NCBI RefSeq assembly: GCF_964204865.1
Contig: NC_135255.1
Coordinates: 22,196,001 to 22,260,000, forward strand
DNA: 64,000 bases
DNA from: Styela clava
Taxonomy: Eukaryota
Reading direction: 5' to 3'
Positions 42,001 to 54,000 of this stretch are shown here, piece by piece; position 1 is the first letter of the stretch, and the number at the start of each line of letters is the position of its first letter. A model generated the notes under the pieces. The model did not search any database, was not told the DNA's origin, and saw only the letters and a program-made list of their open reading frames with translations. Made by a program: the position numbers and the translations under genes.

Positions 42001-45000
42001 TTCGAAAAAATGAGTTACAGCAAGACGTGTTGTGAAACCCGATATCTCAGTCGCACCGCGCCCCGTTAAAACCTTTTTATCCACAACCACCATATTGTGG
42101 AGATTACTTTTGTTGTACCCCTATCTATTTGAATCGAACGTCACTATTCGTTGAGGGTGTCCGAGGTAGCCGGTCCAGCGCCGTTTTAATCCATAAACTT
42201 GACTAGAAGCTCAACTCAAGCTGATCGACTACATGCCAGACACCCTCTTTCTTTAGGAAAGTTTTTCCGGGGTCACGAGCAAAGGTCATGGGTGATTGCG
42301 AAATTTCGAATTGCCAAGTTAGACCGTAACAGCTAGCGAGTCTTGTGGGTCTGAAAAGCGATTCAAGCTACGATAAATTGCTATATATGGGCTCACAGAA
42401 AAATGCTTTTCCGCAGACTTTGTACATGGAAAACGTCCCATGGGATGGGACGGCACACATTTGTATTTCCTGTGTGACACGGAAACCGTATGATTTTCGG
42501 GGAAGTGATGATAAAACATTTCGTTATGGGCTTCGTGTTCATATATTTGAGCATAGCTCTCTTGTTAGTTCTAAAAAGAGAATATAAATTCAGCATTAAC
42601 AATATACTTCGTGAAATGGCTGATGGACATATGTATAATAGTTATAAATATAAAGTTAATAACTCCGTAAATTTTGTTGTTTTGCATGTCTCTATGTACA
42701 TGTAGTCCCATTTAGCAGACGCTAAACCCAAATTTTACAATTTTTATCGAATTTTATCCCATGGATGGGATGGGAATGGGACAGATAAAATATGTCCCAT
42801 GGACAAGCCTGCTTCTGCGGCATTGTTGACCCAATTTAATACACCCTGCGACTGCTAATAGAAGTTGTGTGCAAGGTATTTTATTCTTGGACAAATAACC
42901 TGCGATGTCAACTCGGTTGAGTCTAACGCTTCAATCAGTAGGCCGCCACTGGTGTGAATTAACCAATGACATGACTCATTTACATGTGCATACTCAATGG
43001 CCCCTATATCACTTCCTTGTGTGACGTCACATACGCAGTAAGACACCGGCAGACAATCTGTCGTTAGAGATGTTGCTAGATGCTAGATAGACTGATAAGT
43101 ACAGTGTATTTTTATTGTAATTTTGTGTGACTGAACGTGACTATTAAGGCTGAGTAGCAGTGCTCCCATTTAATTAATACTTTTATTTAAAGTAGAGGCT
43201 TAAACAGGAAAAAGTTCATAAAAGTAATCACTGTGATCTAATGCCACCATTGGCAAAAGATATATACCCAGTTCAGCAGGTTGGAATTTTCTGCTTTGCT
43301 GAATTCGAGAGTTGAGAGTCGGCAAGTCATGGTGGCGAAAATTGAGAGGATCAGCTGTAAAATAGGATACTATCCCCAGTGTTGGTGGTCCTTATCAAAT
43401 TGGGGAGATACAATTTTTCTTAGCACTATTTCTGCTGCAGTGGATGGAGACTGGCGGGGCAAATAATTAAAATATTTTCATTAATGAAATAACATGACGA
43501 TTGGGAAAAAATTGTTTGGATGTGATTTTATCCTTTTTAAATAATATTCAGTGGCTAAGGGGGAATCAATAGTCTTGCCGGACACTTGCACAAATATATT
43601 TCTGTAACGTTTCGTCTGACTTCAGTCAGACTTTTTCAGGCATACGTATTTCATTTATCAGCGAAAAAAAGGAATTGCATGTGCAGTGTGGATACTATAA
43701 AATATCAACCAACTTTGTGTATTTTTAACAGTATGTCCAACGTGTGACGAGTCAGATTTCCGCCAAATTCACTTAAAATTACTTCAAAAATTCGTAAATT
43801 TAAACGACTTTTTATGTTATACCCATACGTCCCGTCCAACGTAATCATTCAGTTGTTGCCAACAACATTCCTCCTTAACTATATATGCAGACATAACTCA
43901 AAATGAATGATCAACTAATCCACCAAGATTGGAAAAAAGCTGGAATAAATGACAGTTGCATGCGAGTGAATTTAGTGACATTTTCAACAGTCTTTGTGGC
44001 CGGTGTAAGTGAATAATGCGAACTGAGAGTTGGGAATTGAGCTTGGTTAATGCGGGGCCAAATATAGATTGATTGTAATTTGTAAGCTTCAGTTGTGATA
44101 CATACTCGATTATGCCTGATCAAACACTTATAAACGACATACAGAGGTAGTGTTTCATTTAACTGCTTGTGCCATATGGCTAATGGTTTTATTCGCAGTT
44201 TGTTTTATCATAATGCATGTAGACATCCTTTTGACTTCGTCGGGATATCATGCTCGTCGAATGAGTTTATAAAAATGATAGGATGTGAAAGGAAGATATG
44301 AGAATGAGGATTTTTAGCGAGTCGGTATGAAAGATTGTTATGTTGAACTATCATGGTGATTTACTGTACTAATCTGCCAAGATTCATTGCCAATCGTATT
44401 GTAGCAGAAATTACATTCTCAAGATAATAAGTTCAACATTTTGCAGTGTTTATAATTTTAAATCCAAGGAAAAGTGAGCTATTAAGTTATGTGTATCACG
44501 TGCTAAGTACTTTCGAGCCAACAGGGGCGATATATCTTCGTTTTACTAAAACATACCAATTCAAAAATGTATTGGTAGCGGATATTATATCGGAATCAAA
44601 TTACATATCTAGTTTAGACACGTCAGAAGTGTTATGATGACGAGAGTTTCTTTATGGTAAATTAAAATTCGGATGATTAACATAAGTACCTATATTTAAT
44701 CCTATATTTCGCTCCGAAAAGGGTAGCGAGAAAAGCCTAAAAATAATAAAAAGCACAAAGATGGTATAATAGAAAAGACTATAAGTTTAATTTTATTTCA
44801 ATTGTCATCCTATTGCATATAATGTGTGACTAATAGTGACTAATATCAAATATTCAACGACTTTATCGTGACCGTTCCGATTTTTATTTCGGATTGTCAG
44901 TCCAGCCTATATAAGCAAGTTTGACCATAGGCATGTTGGCCATAATGAGTTTCAAATCTACCAATTAAGATGAAATAATTGATTTGCAAATATGTCACAA

Positions 45001-48000
45001 GCCTTCAATCAAGTCGCAGCACAATGTCTCGAATCAATAGCCAGCTGTGTTGGCAACGTAATGTGGTGCAAGGTAAAGTTTATAGCAGTCATGAATGTTG
45101 GGAGAGCGGTTTGGTAAATAAATGAGAAACAATATTGGTATCATGTTCATAACAAAAAAATTCAAGGAAGGGTTAGTGTGACTGAATGTGTAAAATTTCG
45201 TTTCATGGTAGATTCAGATAAGGTTCGATTCGAGTAATTTTCTTCAATATCTGATAAACAACCTTATATTAATTCCATGGTAGCCGTCATGGACTTGGCA
45301 GAGTTTTATATTTATTATCTGATTTTAACCTTGCTTTGGGTTTCTTCAAATAGTAATACATACCTGGATTATTCGTAATCTTAGGTTTTATGGTGAAATA
45401 TCGAGACAAAGATTTATCAAAATTAGAGGCCTAGATTATTTTTGCTGCTACCTGTCCCTATTGGTAAAAATAGGATTTTCAAACCCAATGGTGTTCTTGT
45501 AGACATAAAAGATTAGTAAATATTATATGTATATATATGAGTTTAACTTATTTCGGGCATAATTAAAATATATATATTAGGACTATTATTGGTTTCACTA
45601 ACATGAAATGGCATTTACAACAAACGTCAATCCGTTAATTTCATAATGTGTCGAAATCTCAATAATGAGTTGTCGTATTGCTTCCTAATCGATATATTAT
45701 TACATTGCATTCTTAGTATATTGTGGTCGTTGCTTATTGGAAACCGTAAGTGGTATGTGATGGAAGGTATTGTGAATTTAGCAAGCTGATAATATAGTTT
45801 TGTAGCAATATTTTAAATAACTTTATCTGAATGTTCATTGAACTTTCACTTTAGAATTCTAAATATCGTAATTTGACGTAGTTAAATTCTGGAGATAGGT
45901 AAGAAAACGAGTATACGCAGTAGGTTTTATAAACGAGCTATGAGAGTGTGATTTTTGGGGCCTCCCGAGATGGCGCACAACCTGAACATAGTAGTTGTAC
46001 CAGGTTAGGTTTCAGGTTGTGCGCCATCTTGGTGCACATACTTCTGGAGGCCCATTTTTGGCTATGCTATGGTAGTCATCGTGCTTAATAAGTAGAGATG
46101 AATTAAAGCATTTTACATGGTGAAAGGCTGGTAATTTTTGTGACCGTATACTTGGTATTTAAAAAATGATTGCGTATAAAGTATTACCGGTAGCTCAAAT
46201 ATCGGAATCTTGTTGAAAAGTGTTGCCAGAAACATTAGCTAAGGCAAATTTATCGACCGTTCGAATCTATCATGATCGACATTATATCAAGTTTGACTCA
46301 ATGAGATTGATGGCGATAAATGGAACAAACGTCGAATTTAGTACGCGTTCGACCTTTATCTCTGAGGTAACCAAGTATTAAGCAAATCATTATAACTGTG
46401 TAACTTTTTATATGAGGTCTAGATCGATCGTCGCTATTTGTTCCAGTACATGCACGCTGTCCAAAGATGTTTTTTTCGAAAAAAGGTCGATCAATTAGCT
46501 TGTTTAGCTTCATTTATTGGTTTAAAGAAGTAACAGTCATCAAGTATTATCAGTTTTGATTAATTGCTGAGAAGTTGACTGACAGTGAACGAGTAAATGA
46601 GCACTACAATGAATTGAATAAAAAAAAAATTCCTGGTATGAATTTGCAAAAAATCGAGATAGCTTTATAAATTGAGCGAACATGTTCAAGTCTTTATTTT
46701 TTTTAATTTTTCCGAAAAGCTGGAGCTAGTTGTTTGTAGCTAATAATTCGTATGCAATATTGGATTCGTACAAGCTATTCGAGCTATTCCCAATCAATTT
46801 CAAACTATTGTCGATTTCCTAAATCCCAATTTGCAAAGCAATGGCACATAACTGTTGAGATAAAACACCGAACTGCTTAGTAACAAAACTTCACATCTTG
46901 AAGTGATTCTTATTCCGTTTGGTACACACGAACAAACACCAGTTTTGTTTATTTACATCGTTTTATTCGACGTATATTTGACATATTCATTTGGCCCCGA
47001 GCGTTGACTAACACATGTTGCAAAACTGAATGCAGAACTTTCGCATTGCCACTTGCTTTCTAGATGACTTCAATATTGATATTGGGAAATTGCTTATTTA
47101 AGTTGGAAATTAGACCAGGGGATTTGGGTCTGAACTAAAATTACGCATGACTATGCAGAAATATCAAATAGGCATGAAATATTATCGCGAGCTCTTTTAA
47201 TTGAGTATTACACTTTTCCACTGAACAAGACACTGATATGTGCGAGGCTTATTATAGTTTCTAGAAGGGTAAGATTTAGTCTTAGCATAATCTGTAAATA
47301 TCTTCAATCTGTTTAAATACAGCATGGTAATTTGTGCATCCAAGCAAACGGAAATACATGGATCGCGGAGATCATTCTTTGTACAGTTTCGAAACCAGCT
47401 GGCTACATGAGGTTTGGCAAGTCTTACTGTCAGTATCTTATTTATGGCGGAGTCGACGACGTGAAAGTAAAACAAAACATTTTAATTATTCATAAATTTG
47501 CGAATTCAAAATATTGCCCATCGGAACTCACCTTTGACCTTCGCAGTACAGCTGATCTTCTTGAATGATTTGATTATTGGGTAATAATAGCTGCTTGAGA
47601 ACGCTTCAAGGGCTTTTAAAACTTTCGCTGAGGCTTAAAATCAGTTAGCTAAGTGGGAGTAAAGCAACCATAATAAGAGTCGGAAATGTGGCTCCATCTT
47701 GACTACTAGGTTGAATTTTTTGCCAATTCAATATGTCGCATTTAAAATAATTTGCTATGCAGCAGCGAATTTAGGATTTTTGTGATTTTTGTTTTAGGTC
47801 TAAAATTCGTTTGCTCGTATTTGGAGTAAATTTGCCTTGACGATACCTCGCGTGTTGTTTTTTCATCACTTCGCCGAATAAGGATCAAAAAGTTATGAAA
47901 TATAACCAAGCATTACTCGCCTGAGGCATTGCGTATCAAAGCCTTAACGTAGCGTAGTTTGAACTAAAATTGGCGGGGTTTCACGCATGATTGCCGCTGC

Positions 48001-51000
48001 GGAACTCGAGTATTTTGTTAGTATTTCCTCAACGAGACGTCGATTGGCCTACATTTCATATTAAAAAAACATCATGCGACGACGACGGTCGTGTGTGAAT
48101 GTTAGTCGGAACGACCTTCAAATTAGAATAAGCTTTGTTGAAAGCGCGGTTAAATCAGTTCAGATTTCTCAGTAGTCGTAGTTTGAATAAATTGCTTCCA
48201 AAAAGCACTATTATTGGCTAATAAGCTGTAACAAGTACTGGGTTTCCGTGTTGATTAACTTGATTTTAAATTATAGCGGTTTAGAAACTTCGGCCCAAGT
48301 GAAATGTTAGGTGTCAGATGCATTAGCAAAAATTTAGGCAGAAAAGGTAAAGTTCTGAAAAGATAGGTGTCAGCTATAAGAAGGTAGAGAAATGCTCAAG
48401 TTGATGAGTTGCTATTCATAGATAAATTCCCTTCCCTTTTGTCAGCGATACTTTCATTTTTATTCCTTTAATTTTAGTGCATATACCTTCATATTTCATC
48501 GATCGAATGTTGCCCATTCTGCGTGTATGATTAGAGTGGCCCGATAATTTACACTATATAGCTGAGTGTGATAATTCCAAATACGTGTTAAAAAGATTGA
48601 ATCGAAACAGTAAACATTTAGCTAAGGATAGATCAAAATTTGGAGTAGGGATGGTCGCTAAATTAGTCGTTTCTAAGTTTTTCGATGATGTTGTCAAGAT
48701 TCTGGAATGTACATATGTTTTAGCGAGCGACTCATTTATTCCCTTAAGGTGGCGCCAAATGAACGTTTTCGTCCACAGCGAATTTAGTAGCGTGCTTAAA
48801 TACAGTCAAATTACCAAAATTTCAATATTATTTTGGGGTAATTATTCTAAATTGTATTTGTATGCATGTCAGATTGTACATCTAGCACAACGAGCATTAT
48901 ATAATTGCCCAAAAGCCCAAATTATTATCTGATTAACGAAAGCATTTATCTTTGCATGCAGGCTTTAGTAAATGATTCATATGCTTTCATAATTTTGCAT
49001 AACACTTATTTTTGAAAAAATTTCACATCTTTGTTTATATCAACAAAAGATCACCTGATCTTGGTTGACGGTAAAAGCATCGATATTTTGGGTAAAAAAA
49101 CACGCGATTGTAGTCTGGTATGTCTCATTCGTTGAGTCATGGCGTTCAGAAGCAACATTGTTATTCTATTTTGAGGTTCACAAAAATGCGACGATAAGCG
49201 ATAACTTGTAAGTACATTTGAACAACGGATTCAACAGCTATAGTTATTAGTTTCTTATATTTCGTGACACACAGTTTCAGGTCAGTATAGGGCGTTAAAT
49301 ACGAGCAGATAAACTTAGTGATAAAGGCATTTAAAATGTCAGTACAATATGTCAAAATTGTATAGATTTTATTGAGACATTATTTACCATAATTTTACTT
49401 GTTGGGGATACCTAGTTACCGTGATCATGTCGAAAGCAATTGTCAAACGTTTATCGCAACAGGTTTCATGCGTACAGCTTTGGCATTAACTTGTTGGCAT
49501 TCGAAAGGGCTATTGACTTATACATGAAGCATATAACCTGTTTGAACAAGCCTTCTTATAATTGGCGCCATTTTTGAAGTATTCGCGAGCATTTTCAAAT
49601 TCTCAATAGATTAGGTCAGAAATTCCCATTCACTTCCATTAATAGTTTGTATTCAAATCACCATTAAGTAACTATTCTGAATCTTTGTGAAAGAAGTTCA
49701 TGGGAGCCTGTGACACTGCCTTGGCATTTTTGAAATTCTTGTGGAAAAGATCCTTTGTTGAGTTGTAAAAATCGGTTCAAATTTACTCCTAAATAATCAC
49801 GCAAACGAATCAACAATACATTTTCGGCGCAATGTAGATTGGCGGATCGTGTAAAGGGAGAATAAATCACAGCGCGTGAACTTTTTGTAGCCTTTGTAAC
49901 TAACGTTTGGGTCTGAAAACAAGGTGCCCCGGTAGTATGTACACCAAGATGGCCCACAACCTGAACATAATATGTGTACCAGGTTAGGCTTCAGGTTGTG
50001 CGCCATCTTGGTTCGCATACTACGGGAGCGCCAAAAACAATATGGTAATCCAAAAATATATCACTGCGAAATAATTGATTTAGCATGCCAAGACTATCAG
50101 TTCAATGAACTGCTTGTCATCTCTCGAGTATTGCATTATATTACTACGTCATATATAGAAATCCCAAGTTGACGACAGACGAGACATGCGCGAGTGCTGG
50201 GTGGTGTCGAATTTCATTTTGGCCGACTTTTCTTAAATGTGTGGTTTCACATACTGTAGTATTATAAAGAACAAACTTAATAATGTGCGCCTGGAAATAG
50301 CAATATGCATCTGCTGAGCAGATGTAGCGAAGCTTTTGTTTGCAAAGAAGTACAGTAGTGCGGATATATTTAAACACCATCCCATGTATAATAGAGACTT
50401 TTTGAAAAATATGGCCAAGCAACTAAAATTACATTGTAATGGCAAGATATAACTATTACCGATCACGCACTCCAGGTATGGCTGTTCGCGCGTCTCTATG
50501 CAAATGCCGTAAATAATGAATTTCGTAGCTATAGCACACTAACTGTTGTTGCAATGTGCATTTCCCGTGTCATGATTTGTGTGATTTAAATAAATTTTGT
50601 TAGCATACTATCTTAAATGCGCGACTTCGCAGCAAATCATGATTTGTGTTAAAACATCCAAGATATATATACAATGGTAGATATACAATCATAGACATCA
50701 ATTTGCGCCTAAAATTCTGTACATTAATATTTTTAAAACGTTGAATAGTATGATATAAAAACAAGTTTGAAATTGTTCGTTTCCATTTTCAAAGGAACCC
50801 ATGTTAGGCATTGGTTTTGTATATTTATGTCGAAAAAGAGATGTTGTTTAGCCCGGTGTATCTAGAGAAATTGGACTCTTATATCGATTGTTTGGATCAC
50901 GCTGCGGAACTTGCATATCAACATGCTGTGGAAATAGGATTGGATGCTGAAGACTCCCCAGACTTTACTCCAATTTGTACGAAATGTATGAAAAGACGGA

Positions 51001-54000
51001 GATTAGATTTTGATAAATCACTATCGGGGATACAAGATGATGTTTTCGGGCGAAATAACGAATCTAAGGGGACAAGTGAAGTTGATAATTCGTCGAGCTA
51101 TCAGAATGAAAGCGCTTTATCATCCGCGAATTCATCTCGATTATCAGTGTCGTCTTCCAACCTGACTAATCCGTATGACGTCACAAAACCTATTGGACGT
51201 ACTGGAAGTTTGAAACGAGACAAAAATAAGGTTGATAGTACGTTTATGTCGGTGATGCTTAAGACATTAGTAACGCTGAATTCCTCGTCGGAATCGCTAA
51301 ATGCCGCTGACTCAAGGCTCAACCGAGGCATGAATGAAAATTTACGGTCAAAGAAGAAGGCTTACTTACAGCGAAGACATACTACAATATTAGACGAAAA
51401 TGCTTTAATGCTGTCTGCTAACGCTAATGCAGCTGTCAGCAGCAGAAAAACCGACACACAGGCGGGAATAGTAAACAGTGCGGTCAGCGACGTATCCGAG
51501 AAAAAGGAAGACGCCTCCGCTGTGTTGCGTTCTAAAGTCACGCGGAAACCTAGGCCGTATAGTTACCCTAATCAGCGTTATCTACAAAGACAGGCGACAG
51601 CGCCAAATCTACAAGATAACAAAAACAATTTGTCGCGTGTAAGTGCGAAAGGCAGACGCGACCTTCAAGCGAAAAAAGGAAAAGCTGTCTTATCAGGAGA
51701 AAATATGGATAACGCTGGGTGTTCGAAAGTTATAAGGGACAGCCATGACAAATCACACAGCAGTGACGAAAAATTGAGCAAGAGCAAACCTATCAATATC
51801 AAAGTTGGTGCAACTGACACTGAGGGAAAAGCCCATCATATGTACTACAGTCTATCACCAGCAATGTTAGATGCACCGTTAAGAGTTGAGGATCTCGGAT
51901 CATCAGAAAGGGTTGCCGGCGATATAAATATTACCAAAGAAGGCAGGTTGAGTATGGATGATTTAAAGACTGCTGGAGAAGAATCGATTACTTCTCACGA
52001 TTCCAGCTTTTCGTCAAATCCTGAATACTTTTCAGTCATTTCAAAAAGAAAGAAAAGGAGACAAACGAAACTCGGTGCAGACAAATTAGACACCGGATTT
52101 GGAAGTCATTCTCTTCCCGCCAACATTTCAAACGCCACCGATATGGCTATTATCTTGAGTAACAAAAATAGCACGAGGAAAGCGGGAGATGAAGCCCAGA
52201 CTATCGACCTGCAGAGCCGGCTTGATGGTCATTCTTTCAGTCATTCATTGGATGATCTGTCACGCAGTCGGAAAAATATATCTAAGTGCAGACAATTTAA
52301 GGATGAAAATTTGTTCAACGAAACAGATGATACATTAGATGAGGGAAATACATCATATCTTCACGGGGACGGATTACTATACACGAGTAGTTTTGGAATA
52401 GGAGATCATTCGTGGTGCACTAACCTGGCTGAAAGTGATTTAGTAACAGACGGATACTGTAAATGCAGCTTTTGTAACCACGATATGATTTTTACTCCGA
52501 TGAAGAGCGAGACCCACGTCGTCCCACCCAAGACTGACGCATACGAAAAAGATTTTTCATCTATCCACGAGGAATTGCTACAGCTACGAAGTTTCAGCAC
52601 CAGTGACAATTCAGTTACGTCATTCAGAACAATACGTCACGAACCAAAGTCCGATTTGCAAACAGATCATTTCCCTTACCCGCGCCTACCTAAGGAATTT
52701 ATGACGTCACATTTAGAGGACAGTATGGCGTCACAATTGGATATATCAATGGATGTAGCTTGCGGTGATGACGAAAATTCATCAGTTCGATCTAGTCCCG
52801 TACAAAAGGTATCACAAACAAGTCTGTTAATATCACCTCTAATTATCCGACCTCGATTGCTCTGGATATGGCTGTCCAGACATTAGGCCGGACTAGTATA
52901 ATTGCAACAAAGTAAATGCTTAGTAAATATGTGCCAAATAGCACATATTTCGATTCGGAAACTCGCGCTTAAAAAGCAGATCGCTAGTGTTTTATACGTT
53001 TCGTTCTCATACGCGATTGGCTGGCATTTGGATGTTCCGATAGTACAATCTTATTTATACAATTTGGTTCAGGTAAAGCATTTGCATAAAAAACTAACTC
53101 GTTGTTTAATTTTCAGGCTCTCCAACGAGACATCGAGAAGCACAGTTCAGGAGTAGCATCAGTGCTGAATCTATGCGAAGTTCTACTTCACGACGGTGAT
53201 GCTTGTTCCAATGAATCAGAGAAAGATTCCATCGAACAAGCTACGAATAGTCTTGACAGAAGATGGAGAAATATTTGTTCGTTGTCAATGGAAAGAAAAT
53301 TGAAGTGAGTATTATAAACACGTTCTATCAGCTTTAAAAATTTTCAATTTGCTGATACCGATATATACCGATATGTACCAGGTTAGGCCATAAGTTTATT
53401 CCGATTTTCTTTTATTTTAGTCTATTACGAGTTCGAGGACCGTCTGTATTAGCCAAGTGAATATTCCCCTGCTCATCATTCATATCGGGCGAGTGGCCCG
53501 GACCGATTTTTGATTTCAGTTACTTTACACGATTCGATGTAAAATAGCCGAACTTTATTTTGGTACATGTACTTATGGAGCAACTAACAAAAACAAACAA
53601 CCTGGCAGAAATTCCTGCTCCTATTTAAATTGCAATTTCGGACCCCCTTTTACCTATGCGGGGGATGATATGGGGACACACAAAATTTACACGCACGCTT
53701 ACTGGAATAAAACCCTACCATGATATGAGACAAACGTTTCGATATTTGAACGTAAAAAAATAAGACGCAACCAATTGTTATATTTTTTGTACCAAAATGC
53801 GTCCAGCTTGCATAGTATAGCAATTTTAGAAAAATTCTGATCTCCCCGAATGTGCGGTCTTCTTGCATCGAGATTTGCCTTTGTAAATCTTTTTGCATTC
53901 CTATTCCACTTGACTAGTTACGCTTTCGCCGATCTTTACCCATTTGTTGCCAAACAAAAGACTTATAAACACAATCGAACGCTTTCAAAATTGTCTGCAA

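Noticed and set aside
41380-50466. Many 60-115 aa ORFs in the 12-kb intron as a nested gene
   Set aside because: Intron-like composition, often non-ATG starts or MITE overlap; no consistent exon chain found on either strand.
51101-52609. Minus-strand ORFs of 76 and 67 aa
   Set aside because: Antisense shadows of the large + strand ORF.
52809-52816. U12-type donor
   Set aside because: GTATCACA does not match GTATCCTT; treated as an ordinary U2 donor.
50811-52886. The 691-aa ORF as a stand-alone nested gene, or as a cassette exon of the giant isoform
   Set aside because: The track start is TTG and the first ATG is 50841. I saw no convincing phase-0 acceptor near the ORF start to accept exon 40985. 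The 25 residues after the 52808 donor look like intron read-through. Not fully excluded without transcripts.
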